A stretch of DNA of 64,000 nt, from assembly GCA_951406725.2 (NCBI GenBank), contig OX597814.1, forward strand, positions 45,632,001 through 45,696,000. Reading direction: 5' to 3'. The notes beneath the pieces are model-generated. The model did no database searches. It was not told the DNA's origin and worked only from the letters and a program-made list of their open reading frames with translations. The stretch's first letter is position 1. The number at the start of each line of letters is the position of its first letter. Made by a program: the position numbers and the translations under genes. Positions 13,199 through 25,999 of the stretch are shown in pieces. This DNA comes from Octopus vulgaris (taxonomy: Eukaryota).

Positions 13199-14462
13199 CT
13201 ACAAATATAAATATTACATATAGTGGTTCTTTTTTTAAAACAGCAATTATGTTGTAGAATGTACAACCATCATGACAAACCCACTGTGTCCTTTTTACCT
13301 CTCTGACTATCCATGCAGGAGATGGTGAACGATATGAGTTAATGTAGTATTGGGCAAAATATGAATTTAGGAGATTTTTATAAAGCTGTACCATCAACTC
13401 AGTTAAATCAGTGCAGACATTTGGCATCTAGTTTAACAATTTTATTTATATTTTTTAATATTTCAGTCAGGAGGGAAAGCATTGCCCATGATATGTTATA
13501 GGGCCTCTGAAACTGTTGGAAGCGAGAAGACTGGCTCTAATGCACACAACAGAGTGGACCCTACTAAAGACACCTAAGGTGCCAGGTAGTGGTGCTAAAC
13601 TGTATGATGGGTTAAGACCACCAAAGTCGGCCATCGCAGGATTTGAAGTAAAATTCTGCAAGGCATCCAGTTTGATGTTCTTACAGCTTCACCAATCCAC
13701 TACCTTAGATTGGTAGTTTTTAATAATACACAAAAGAATGAAAAACTAAGTTAGATGGGTATTAAGATTTAGACACTTGCAGAGATTTCTGGATTGAAAC
13801 AGACACTCATTTATTTAAAAATTGAATTATACAGAGGTAAATAGAGTAAAATATCTTGATGAGTATCAGAACAAAACAAGCTAAATGTTTAGAATGAATA
13901 AGGTATTTCGCCATCATTTTACATCTTTCCTATGATGTCATGGAATGTATCATGATCCAAAACAATTCTTAAGAGTTACTGCCCCTGTATATGGGCCAGG
14001 ATAACATTTCAATTGTATGGTATAGTTTCTAAAGGTTGGATGCCTTTCCTATCACTAACCACTTTACAGAGAATATTGAGAGCATTTTATCTATGGCACC
14101 AGTACTAGAGAGGTTACTTTCTTTTCAGCAAGAATCGAGAATCCTCTCTACCTTACACTGTCTTCATCCACACCAAAGAAGCTGCAAGGCTAAAATGCCT
14201 TCTCTTTTCTACTTTGTCTCCATTTGGTGGTTACTTTCTACACAACTGAGTGCAGAAAGATGAGAAGATGACTTATTAGCCAAGTGAATTTAACAATTGT
14301 GAGTCAGAGAACAAACATGGATTTTGTGTCTCTAAAAAATATTGACTGTAAAATCAGGATCAGCTGATAATGTTTCTCAAAAATAATATTCATCTTTTAT
14401 AACATAGAAAAATGACATTAAAATAATAAACACACTTTGCAGCGATAACAGAATTTACTTAC

Positions 14463-14610
14463 CGTCTTCATATTCAATGATTTCATTGTATAAAGCTTGT
14501 GCCATACCAATTGCACCTCCAGCAAAATAAGGATTGTAGTGTGTGCCTTCCTGGAGATTAACACCGGCAGGAGGATCACAATAACCAGTCAAAATAGAGA
14601 AGATGTAATC
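14463..14610 (-). CDS. CYC1: Cytochrome c1 exon 6 (axial Met ligand)
   Basis: DYIFSILTGYCDPPAGVNLQEGTHYNPYFAGGAIGMAQALYNEIIEYED(G); donor GTAAGT, phase 1. Confidence 0.98.
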
Positions 14611-15046
14611 CTAAAATGTAAAGAAATTAAATTTTTATTTTATAGTAAGATGTTACATCATCTGTGTAAATAGAAAGGAAGTAGCTTCGTTATTTTACAA
14701 CCAAATATCATTGGTAATTCTGATTTCTGTCAACAAGCAATGCAGAAGTAAATTCTCAAAGAATCTAAACTGTTATCTAGTTTGAAATCCTGGTTATAGA
14801 AATATCACTTGTTCATGTCACTGTCTACCAGGAGAAAAGAATGTAAACCAGACCTATGTAACCTTCCTAGGTTACTCTAATATGATAGGAAACTATATCT
14901 AAAAATGCACATGCTTTAGAGAAGCAAAATCTTTGAACTGAATCTATGTCAAACAGTAGGTCGATGAAACAGATGACAGTTTACGAACATAGTCATTTTG
15001 AAATTCTAAGTGGGTAGCTAATAGGAAAAACTCACACAATATACGT

Positions 15047-15300
15047 GGAGGAATGTGGCTTAGTGGTTAGGGTGTTGGACTCATGATCACAAGATTGTGG
15101 TTTTGAATCCTAGACCAGGTCACACATTGTGTACTTGAGCAAAACACTTCATTTCATGTTGATCCAGTCCACTCAGCTGGTAAAAATGAGTAATCCTGCA
15201 ATGGACTGGCATCTAGTCCAGGCGAGGAATTTATACATCATGGAAACCAACAATTATGAGTTGGCAGGATTCAAGAAGGTAACTTTACCTACTTTTTACT
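15047..15300 (+). mobile_element. tRNA-derived SINE in CYC1 intron 5
   Basis: A-box-like TGGCTTAGTGG, degenerate B-box, (CTTTAC)-type tail. Confidence 0.65.
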
Positions 15301-15589
15301 CACAATATATAAAGAGAAAGCCAGATAGCAAGAAGAACAGCTAACTACTAAATTAAAAAAGTTTGTGAGAACAAAATAAGTCCTAAAACGATATAAAGAC
15401 AACTTGTAGTTCAATCAATATAGTTACTAGTCATATTTTACTAAATTTTTAAATAATACATTATAATAAAATGTTTGAAAGTATAATTTTAATGGAATTA
15501 CAAAGCTAAATAATAATAATTGTTTCCATTCTTACAATACAAATCTATCAAAATTTATGAGCTTCACTATACATGCTCTAGTCAGTCAA

Positions 15590-15881
15590 TGCACGAACGT
15601 GGCCGATGCCAGCGCCGCCTTGACTGGCTTCCGAGCCGGTGGCACGTTAAAAGCACCAACCGATCATGGCTGATGCCAGACTCCCCTGGCAACTGTGCCG
15701 GTGGCACGTAAAAAGCACCCACTACACTCGCGGAGTGGATGGCGTTAGGAAGGGCATCCAGCTGTAGAAACACTGCCAGATCAGACTGGAGCCTGGTGCA
15801 GCCCCTGGCTTCCCAGACCCCGGTCGAACCGTCCAACCCATGCTAGCGCGGAAAACGGACTTTAAACGATGATGATGATGA
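15590..15881 (+). mobile_element. RTE 3'-end fragment, low divergence
   Basis: Two ~64-bp units plus the shared 3' end and (GAT)n tail; many CpGs retained. Confidence 0.85.
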
Positions 15882-16062
15882 TACTGGTACACATCAAAAC
15901 ACCTAGTAAATGAGTGTCAGCTTGTCTTCAACACTGAAATTCTTACACTGACAGGCATATAATTTCTTATCTTCTGAAAATACTATTAAAAATAAAAACA
16001 GGAATAAAAAATGGAGAATTGGAAAACAGAGGAGGAAAACAAATTTGAGAAAAGAAACGTAC

Positions 16063-16233
16063 CTCTCCACCTTCCCTAGCTGAAGTGATTAAAGACAAGT
16101 CAGGTGGGAGTGCTCCATTGTTAGCTGATCTAGCTGCTTCATCATTTGCGTAGGGCTTTGGAAACCTGTCTGATAATTTTCCAGGGCGTTCAAACATATT
16201 GCCATCATCATCAGGCCCATCAAGCACCTGGAT
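16063..16233 (-). CDS. CYC1: Cytochrome c1 exon 5
   Basis: [57 protein letters not shown]; acceptor tttctag, donor GTACGT. Confidence 0.97.
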
Positions 16234-16499
16234 CTAGAAACGAGAAAAAAATTTTTTTCAATTAAAATTAAAAACTGATTTAACACATGCTTACAAATTT
16301 GAATTAACTTAAAGAGTTTAAATATACCAAGTTAATAAATACTATAAGGACACTCTTTAAGCACAATCTAGAGAGGTTTTATTAAGTCTTACTTTTGATT
16401 TAATTTTGATAGGAATTGTAAATGTCTACTGATATGTGCATTAGCTTGACATAGGCTATTTGGTGACAATCCAGATATAATAATTAGGAAGATATTTAC

Positions 16500-16626
16500 T
16501 TCTTCGGCTTCAATTCGTGCTTCATCTTCAGTATGGGAAACATCTATGAGATTACGGTAACACAAATACCGCATACTGTGACATGCTGCACATACTTGTT
16601 TATAAACCTGGTAACCACGGCGAATA
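16500..16626 (-). CDS. CYC1: Cytochrome c1 exon 4 (haem-binding CXXCH)
   Basis: (S)[42 protein letters not shown]; canonical splice sites. Confidence 0.98.
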
Positions 16627-17689
16627 CTGAATAATAAAACTATGAAAAATTAGTTAAGAGTAAAAATCAAAATTTTATGAGCTGAAATGTGGATTGAAAA
16701 CAAAAAGGACATACTATAAAAGTATCTTTATAAGTGTTCAATATTATCTGCGCATTTCACTTTTTTTACACTTTTATTTATGCCCTATCTTAGGTAAACC
16801 AAATGATTTAATCTATACTATTTAAGGATGGATTTGAGAATACATTTTTCTTTTTAAATTAAGTGTGAATTCAAACTTTAACTTCTACATGTCAGAGAAA
16901 ACAAAAATGTATACAGGGAGACTTGAGACTACACTCAATGATTCAAAGTGACTTGAATATACATCATTGATATAATATTTTTCATCCTAATATCCATGTG
17001 TTCCTATTTATTATTTATTTTCTTTCATAGATCTCTTTGTTTTAATCAGTTAAATATGCTTCTAATTTTTTGCCCCTTGACCTGAAATTAGTAATCCCCA
17101 TGCAGCTTCGTTTATGATTATTAAACAGTAATAATTAGAATTATATCACTTTTATATGATTTATATTTCCTAGAACTGAAAAAATCCTCCCTCCCCAAAA
17201 AACAACAACAAAACAAAAAAAAATCAAAATAGGTACAAAAAACAAAAAAAAAAACAACAAAAAATCAAAATAGGTATTTGGTAGTAATCCAATCCACATT
17301 TTCTTGTTGGTATGTTTATAACTATATTACATATACTCAGATAATTCTGTGTCTAAAATAAATCTGAATTGACATCAGTGAAATTATATTTTTCATCCTA
17401 GTAGAGAAGAAAGATATAGATAGATTCAATGGTTTAACGTTGAAACAGATGAGGTTTAATAAGTTTCTGAGAGAAGGACATATGTGGAAATTATGTGAGA
17501 TGAAGTAGCATAGTAGTGGTCAATAAACCAAAATGCCATCAAGAAGAATTTGTTCAAATATCTCTAAATATTTATTTTCTGATTCTGTGTTGTATAAGTT
17601 ATGTGAGAAAAGCATTGTTATATAAGTATTTTTTATCACTTCTACATTGAGTTAACTCTGTGAACATTCAAATAAAATTTAGCAGATCG

Positions 17690-18293
17690 AACATTTGGCC
17701 TCACAGAGGCAATGACAGGAGACTGGGACCTTTGGAGATAAGCTGTGATTGAGAAGACCCGGCAACTAAAGTGAGATTGCAGCCACACATGTCTGGCCCT
17801 ATTAAGAATACCCTGTTAAGAATATCAGGTGATATGATATGCTTGAGAAGACCTGTTGAGTCAAGTAAAACCAATATCGTAGCTGGGGGCAGTGTCCCTG
17901 GCTGGCTCCTGTGCCGGTGGCATGTAAAAAGCAGCAACCAAATGTGGCCGATGCCAGTACCACCAGATTGGCTCCTGTGCTGGTGGCACGTAATAAGCAC
18001 CATCCAAATATGGGCGATGCTAGGTCTGCCTGACTGGCTCCCAAGCCAGTGGCACATAAAAAGCACCATCTGAACGTGATCGTTGCCAGGCCCGCCTGAC
18101 TGGCTCCTGTGCTGGTGACATGTAAAAAGCACCCACTACACTCTCAGAGTGGTTGGCATTAGGAAGGACATCCAGCTGTAGAAACATTGCCAGATCAGAT
18201 TGGAGCCTGGTGCAGTTGCTGGCTCTCCAGACCTCAGTCAAACCGTCCAACCCATGCCAGCATGGAAAACAGACATTAAACGATGATGATGAT
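17690..18293 (+). mobile_element. RTE LINE 3' end in CYC1 intron 3
   Basis: ORF end, four ~66-bp units, (GAT)n tail; homologous to 8870-9526. Confidence 0.88.
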
Positions 18294-19095
18294 ATATATA
18301 TATACACACACACACCTGTAGGTGCATAGGATCTCCAAGTAAGTTGTGTTTTACATTTGTATGTAAATATATATACAGGAAATATAACCATTGTGTATAA
18401 AACAACAGTAAATTCCCTACCATGTTAAATCTAGATATCTTGTAAATGATAAAATATGGGAACTTGACAACTTGTAAATGCAGCTATGCAATGCAAAAAA
18501 GATAATGCAAAGAGGGAGAGTGTTTACAGAAAACCACATTTTCTGTGCAGTAGGTGGATTTTTAATGTAAATCAATCACTTAACGAAAAGGTGCATTGAA
18601 TGATATGAATATCCGATTTTACAAAACCTAAATGAAGATATTTTAAGCAATGAAAATGTACCCAGAATTGGGTGAAAAATATATATATTTTGTATGGCTT
18701 AAACTGAGGAGGGAAGGCAACACTCATGGCTTTTTGCTAGCTGCTGAAATTGGTGGAGTAAATGGAGGAGAAAATCAGTACTTAGGGATTATCCTCAAAC
18801 TGGGGGCCAAAGGCCAGATGCTGGTGTTAAACTGAGTACCAGAATAAATATACCAACCAACCACAGACATAAATAATCCAGCTGATAGGTTAATGTTTGT
18901 TTTTGGGGGTTGGTTTGAAGAGATACAGGAGAGCATCTATCTAGTTGGTGAATCTATTAGAAATAGCATCCAGCTCATCCTAACATTAATCCTACCGGCT
19001 TGAACAACAAAAAAAAGACACATTAAACAGTGTTGCTCTAGATATACAAAATTATGTGATGGTCATGGCTAATTTGTGAGCAAACAATACCTTAC

Positions 19096-19241
19096 CTCGC
19101 ATGGTCAAACGCATCAAATATTCCCTGATGTCTCCAGGCATACTTTGGAGGATGCAGTGCGCCAGATGCAAACACAGCCTGATTTACAGCTACAGCATAA
19201 GTGGCAGCTCCCAAACCAGTTAATCCAACAAGTGTATAAAC
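19096..19241 (-). CDS. CYC1: Cytochrome c1 exon 3
   Basis: VYTLVGLTGLGAATYAVAVNQAVFASGALHPPKYAWRHQGIFDAFDHA(S): hydrophobic sorting signal then the LHPP..W.H.G....DH motif; tttag acceptor, GTAAG donor, phase 2. Confidence 0.95.
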
Positions 19242-19543
19242 CTAAACAAAGATAGAAAAAAAATTATATATAAATCTGTGTGTGTGTGCATGCGTGTTTT
19301 TTTTTTCATACAGAGCTTAGTTAATATCACAGAATATATTGATTACAGAAAATTATTACTAATATCTTTAATATTTAATTTAAAAGGTTTACAAAAATTT
19401 GTTAAATAATTGCTGCTTGATATCAAATTTTCTATTCTCTCCTTTGTATAATCCAATGTGGTCTTGTGTAAGAGGTGGGTTTCTCATTTCTTATGTACTC
19501 CAACCCAGTAACTGGTTGAGTTAGCTCTTAGTTATACTTTGGT

Positions 19544-19850
19544 TCATCATCATCATCATTGTTTAACGTCCGCTTTCCATGCTAGCATGGGTTGGACAAT
19601 ATGACTGAGGACTGGCGAACCAGATGGCTGTACCAAGCTCCAATCTGATTTGGCAGAGTTCCTACAGCTGGATGCCCTTCCTTACGCCAACCACACTGAG
19701 TGTAGTGGATGCTTTTACGTGCTACCAGTATGAGGGCCAGTCAAGCGGTACTGACAACGGCCATGCTCAAATGGTGTTTTTTACGTGCCACCTGCACTGG
19801 CAACGACCTCGCTCAAATGTGTTTCACATGCCAGTAAGGCGATGCTGGTA
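19544..19850 (-). mobile_element. RTE 3' end in CYC1 intron 2 (inverted)
   Basis: (ATC)n followed by the reverse complement of the same 3' end. Confidence 0.85.
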
Positions 19851-20711
19851 ATGATCAAGGTTGTTATTTAAAACTCTTGGTCTGCAAACCTATGTTCAAC
19901 AAAAGTATTCAATCCATGACTCATTAGTAATTCCCCTTTCAAGCTCAATGTATATAGGACTACACAAAATTAGATCCTTGAAAATTTTCTTAAATTTTTC
20001 CCTTGACACTAGCAAAGCTTCTTACTGTGATATGAGTAATTTCATACAAAGCCTCCTATATATAAGGTTCTGAAAGCAATTTGGCTGGGTTTTTTTCAAG
20101 CAAATCGAGTTACCACATAAAAGCTCCTTCATTGGTTGATAGACAGATAGATATATGCACGTCATTCTCTAATGTTTAATTGAAAGTAATGAATCTATTT
20201 TTACTAAGCATACAATATTAATCATCACATCCCACCACCACTAACATTTTATTTCTTTTTGTTATATATTTCCTTTTAAATCAGCAAGACTTAATTCTCT
20301 CTGTTGCTCAGACACTACAGAGATATCAATTAAACCATGTACATTTGGATTTCTCTCACTGAAACTCAATGCATAAGGCCTTCTAATATTTTTGATGGTG
20401 ATGAGCTGTTTTATATCACTCTTTCCACTAATAGGACAGATTTTGATGAAATTGTGCACCAAAGAAGGTTCTTCTTACAGTTAACAGTTTAGTGAAAATG
20501 AAGTAGAACCAGTTTTTGTTAGTTTGGTAAACTAAATTGAGCTCAGGAAAAATATTTCATATTGATATTTTGTTGTTAATCGTTCTGCTAATTAAGAGGA
20601 CTCAAAAAATCTTTAGAGGCAACATTAATTGTAAGATTATCAATAAATGCTGACCATTTAGGTTCTATCAATGTCTTCTTTATAATGCAATGTAGAAAAG
20701 AATTTACTTAC

Positions 20712-20753
20712 TACTTTCTTTCTTGTGCCAGGGTTTTGAAAAGAGATGCCAGC
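20712..20753 (-). CDS. CYC1: Cytochrome c1 exon 2 (42 nt)
   Basis: Poly-T tract + ccag acceptor; AGISFQNPGTRKKV; donor GTAAGT; phase 0/0; basic stretch before the hydrophobic sorting signal. Confidence 0.75.
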
Positions 20754-21199
20754 CTGGAAAAAAAAAAAATTCTTACATAAGATAAAGCCATAAATTTAGA
20801 GAGAGATAAACAGATGACTGTACTGACTTGTATTTGATTAGTACTTTATTGACTTCAGAAAGATGAAAGGTAAAGATGACCTTGGAGATAGCTGGACTTA
20901 GAATGTAAAAGGCTGGAGCAAATAGCTATTTTGTTCAATGCTCTTACAAGTCTGTCAATCCAATCCACTACTCTCATGAATAATAATTTTTTTTTGTAAG
21001 GTGTTGGTGGCAGTATAAGGATGAAATATAGCACAAAGTGAGATTTATATTGAATAAAAAAAACTGCAAAATCAATAAAAACATAACCCTGCTGAAGACC
21101 ACCTAGGGTGGTATTTCATAGGTAAGTTCCCATACAAAGTCACAGATTACTCTGTTGCATCAAAAGGTATCCAAACAGGAAGGAAGAAACAGAAAGGAT

Positions 21200-23400
21200 T
21201 TCTTTTGTTTATTATCCCCTATTAATAAAAGCACAGTCAGAATAGGCTTCTTCAACTCATCAATCTTGCTACTTCTATCCACTTTTTGTTAACACAACAA
21301 AAGGCAATGCTCCTCCTTCTGCCCTCTCCTTCAAGTGCTTCTTGAAGAAGCAGATGAGATGAGAGCTTAGCCAAAGAGGAAAACAGCTGTCCTCAAACTT
21401 CTTAAACATGTCATTACACAACTTCTTTCACTACAGTTAGTAGTCAGAGGAAGACTAACCACATCATCCTGCCAATGAAAGTGGTAGGTTAATTTTCACT
21501 ATTGATTCAGCTGATTGCCATGGCAGTGATATCATCTGTGCATGGGGACATAACACTCCTATGACTTAGTTCAAGTGGGATGTCCTTTGAAGTTTCCATA
21601 TTTTGCAGCAATGGTTACCAGCACCAACACATGCTTGACAGACCGGTGTGTGTGTGTGGTGCAAAATGGTTTTGAAAGGTGGCCATTTAGTTTGATCACT
21701 GAACAGGTGCTGTAGTAATCAAGCCTCTGAAAACAGAATTGAAACCAACTGCTCTAAGTTCAGCCACTAGATAGAGGTACACAACTTTGTCAAAAGAACT
21801 GAACTAAGTCAAACTGACCAATACTCCACTGAAGCCAGACCTATTCTCAACTGGCCCAACAATGATGAGAAGATTGTTGAGGACAGATCCACAAGCTATC
21901 ACTCAAGAGTTTGTATATCTTCACACCAACCTCTTGGCAAGCATCTTGCATTTAGTTGAGTTGTGGGCCTGAAGATCTCTATCACATCTCTGTTCTTCAG
22001 GTCCTCAGCAATGCATCCTTACAACTGAAGTACATAGAGAGGCTTTCATGTATTCATGTTTCACATGGTTATTCCTGCACAGCACATCATTTGTGGTTCA
22101 TCTTTTGACAGATGTGTTTCTTTTGTACTATACTATTCTCTATAAGCTATCTCTTTGTTAAAAGTTAAAATGTTACTCTATTTTTCTCTTTAATCATCAA
22201 CATGTTGTTGATAGTCCCTGTTATTTCCCATTTAATTAGTTCTCTAATCTGGTCACTGAAGTATCTGCACAATGAAAGATGTTTCAACTTCCTGTCCAGG
22301 TCCATCTATTGGTCTTTTCTAAGCTGATAGTAAAGGCCACAAATTAGTAATGCATTTAACCAACTACCTAAAGCTGTGGACAACTTATGTTAATCCTTTC
22401 ATTACCAACCTGGCTGAAACCAGCTCTGGCTCTCAGTACAAATGTCTTGTTTCCATAAGTTTTGAATTAAAATCTTCCACCAAACCTTAGCCACAATTTA
22501 TGTTCCTAATACTAGCTGAATGACAACTAAGTTATTTTACTAAATTCTTTGTTACATTTTAAGTAATTGAAAGAAACAGAGCATCTCAAAATAAATACAG
22601 TAACGAAAGGGTTAAGCCTATTTGCTAGCCTGATGAAAACTCTAAGCACGACCTGAATGAAATGCTGCAATTTGACCATGTCCACATTCGAACATTAGTT
22701 GAAGGGTTCATCTAAAAGTTGTTGTTGCCATAGGGCAGAAAACCTTGAAGTGGTCTGTTATGTCAAATTTGTAGTGCACTGGCAGTCTTCCTTCACATTT
22801 TTTTGCACTCTTTGAACCAAGAGTTATCTAAGGTTTCAGCAAAATCCTCAGGTAAGACCAACACATGGAACCCCAGAAACATTCACATTTTGTGCTACCA
22901 CAAGTGGACTTCTGTGTTCCTCTACCATAGCTTTCCTCTGGCTTGGCCTCTGTGGTGTATCATGTTGATGGCTTGGATTTGTCACCTGTTTTCCCAAATA
23001 CAGTGAAATCAACATGAAATCTTAGGATGTGCAAGTGGTTGTAATGATTCACTAGCCTTCATCTTACTGTTGCAGACAGCAACAAATGTCTGAAGTTGTT
23101 TCCTCCTTAATAATTAATATCTGTACCATATCTTGTGGGCATTTTTCTGTTTGTGCTGTACTTAGATGTTTATGATGTATACCCTCATATCTTTATCCTT
23201 TCTCCCTTATTATTGTGGACATTGGTGAAGATCACATCAGTAATTTACCCTAGCATAAAACACAAAATTTCAGAAGATGTTAGGTGATTTTAAGCTTGGC
23301 CAACTGAAAATACACTGGTGGGTGTTTTTAGATGCACCATTTTCAATATGAACAGTGACAGATGGACAGAAAGAAGGCAAGTAAAATGTGTGAGGAGCCC
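21200..23400 (-). mobile_element. Highly degenerate L1/Tx1-like LINE
   Basis: Minus strand ~21660-21760 reads LRAVGFNSVFRGLI..CSVIKLNGHLSKPF, an RT-like segment; boundaries uncertain. Confidence 0.4.
22394..22611. mobile_element. piggyBac-type MITE
   Basis: TTAA|TCCTTTCATTAC...GTAACGAAAGGG|TTAA: TTAA target duplication and inverted termini. Confidence 0.75.
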
Positions 23401-23754
23401 ATTTTTTTCTATGTCAAATTGAAGTTTGTTCTTTGCACAACAAAAAACTGGTAGAACTAAAATCATTTCAAAATATGAGTTGTTTTGCAATATTTTTCTT
23501 TGCTTGTGTGTTGGCTGTGCAATTGCCAAAGCTTTTGTTTGAAAAAGTATTTCTTGCTGACAATTTCAAATAACAAGAGTCTTTATTCACTCAACCAGGG
23601 TAGGAGAATTAACAAATAAACTGTTCACTTTTGTTCAAAACAACAAATTTACGCAAAAGAGTCATTCAAAATATTTTTAAATCCATAAAATGTAATCCAG
23701 AACAAGACATGGGAGACACATTCCATCATTGTAAGTTCCACTCATAGTAATCCT

Positions 23755-24290
23755 TTCCAGTGAAGGTACAAGGTCTGAAATTTTGAGAGAGGGGACTAAT
23801 CAATGACACTGACCCCAATGCTCGACTGCTACTTATTTCATCGTTCCTGAAATGATGAAAGGCAAAATTGACCTTGGTGGAATTTGAACTCTTCTCACAA
23901 GTAATAATAATAAATAGTTTCAAATTTTGGCATGAGGCCAACAATTTCGAGTGAGGGGGTAAATCGATTACATTGACCCCAGCAGCATTTGAACTTAGAA
24001 TGTAAAGCAGGAAGATATATCATTAAGTATTTTATCCGGCATGATAATAATTCTGCCAGCTCACTGCTTTATAATAATAATAATGGTTTTAAATTTTGGT
24101 ACGAGGCCAGCAATTTCGGGAGAGGGGGTACATTGATCCCATTGATCAACTGGTACTTATTTAATTGATCCTGAAAGGTAAAGTCAACCTCGGTGGAATT
24201 TGAACTCACAAAGTAAAGATGGACGAAATGTCACTAAGTATTTTGCCTGGAGTGTTAACGATTCTGCTAGCTTGTCACCTTAAATAATAA
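23755..24290 (-). repeat. Cluster of 3-4 partial SINE-like copies
   Basis: Recurrent aataataataa-tttcaaattttgg..gaggccagcaattt, ttgacccca and ggtggaatttgaactc blocks. Confidence 0.7.
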
Positions 24291-25999
24291 CAGAAAAGTA
24301 GAAAATGCATAGAGATAAAGATTTTAAATAGATATTTCTTCCATAAACCATCATTTTAAGAAATACAAAGATTTTTTTTGTCTAGAAAAGACTGTATATA
24401 AACTATTCCACAGTTTCGTTTACTAATGAAGAAATTTTTAATTACAGCATGTAACCACTTCATTAACACTCACACGCACACATTGTCATCCTAGCCCAAT
24501 GACATTAAAACAATTAACTTCTACATAGCATGAGATAACATTTGCACACCATCCTCAAATACACATAAACAACTTGCGGTCACAATGAAATCAACAATCT
24601 CATCAACTCTACCAATGCACTATTCAAAGAACAACAGAATTTAACACTTTGTATACTACATCATAACACAACAACAGTATTTCACAAAAAAATTGAAGCA
24701 CTAGTAAGATGTTTATTGTATAATGCTATCATTTTCCCCATTCAACAACCAAGATGTTAGTAAATTAGTTTTATTTCCTGAAGAATCTTAGAAACTACTG
24801 AAGAAAGAAAATCCAAATATTTTATCAATAACTCATCAAAACGATTTTCTCACTTTCTTTGGAATTTTGCATTTTTAGCAAGTTATTTCAGTGCACAAGA
24901 AAAACAAATGTGCTAAAAATGCTTTCAGTTTTACAGCAACACTTTTTCACAATAATAATATTGCAAAATACATGCATACATTAATGACAACAGTGAAGAA
25001 TATTTTTTAATATGTAGTTATGAGTGCTTATCAAATGCAAGCCTTGCTTATTTGTTGGTTTGAGGAGAAAAGACAGTGATTATAACCGACTGAATGAAAT
25101 TGTTTATATTTAATGTTTTGTTTGAATGTTAGCATACTAGTGGCTGAATACAAAACATTAGCAAAGAAGTTGAAGATGTAGCAGTTCTTTACCAGCCAAA
25201 GATAAACTTGTGAGCTTGGGAGGTGGAGAAAAAAGAGCTAGGAGAATCCACTGCTGTAAATGTCAAAGATAACATTAAGTTGAAAATGAGCAATAAACAT
25301 GCAAAAGTTTATTAGTATTTTTTTAGAGGCATGAATGAGCAGCAACAGTGGGGAGTACTGAGAGCTTGATGCCACATGTTGTGCAGAAACAATTGCCTCA
25401 CAGTTACTGACAAAGTAACATTTCCAGTAGAAACAGTAAACTGTTTTTTGTACCTGTATACAACAGGATCAGCTCTAGTTATCCACTTCAAATTTGTTGT
25501 AGGTTTTGATTGCACAGAAGATAGTCAGATATAGCAAAGAAGTTTCTACCATTTTGTTGGTGTGGTTTGACTCAAACCAGACCTGATCTAGCAGGCCTAT
25601 GAACAAATGCTTTCCAGCAGTGACAGTCCCATATTTTTCAAAAATAATGTAACTAGAACCACATTATCCAATATGTTCTTCCTTTTCGAAGATAGCAGGT
25701 GTAGTTTGAGATAATTTGTTGCTGAGACTATGTTGTTGTTGTTGATGGCGGTGACTAGTGTCCAACAGTTGGCTTAATAAGTGATGGTATCATTATTATC
25801 ATTGTTAACTGATGATAGTGGCAGTGATGGTTGTGTTGGTTTTACTGGTAAAAAATCTTCCTGGGTTGAATTTTCATGTTAAGTTGTAGAATTGAACATT
25901 CAGGCAAGAAATTGCTGACATGGAATTGTATGCAAATCGAAGTAGGAGGGTACTGTGGCACACACTGAAGCTGTAGGTGCATGCACGGATGAAGTCAAC

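Noticed and set aside
15047-15120. tRNA gene
   Set aside because: Degenerate A/B boxes with no full cloverleaf, continuing into a SINE body.
21092-21116. Hammerhead candidate CTGAAGA-CCACC-TAG-GGTGG
   Set aside because: No GAAA follows stem II.
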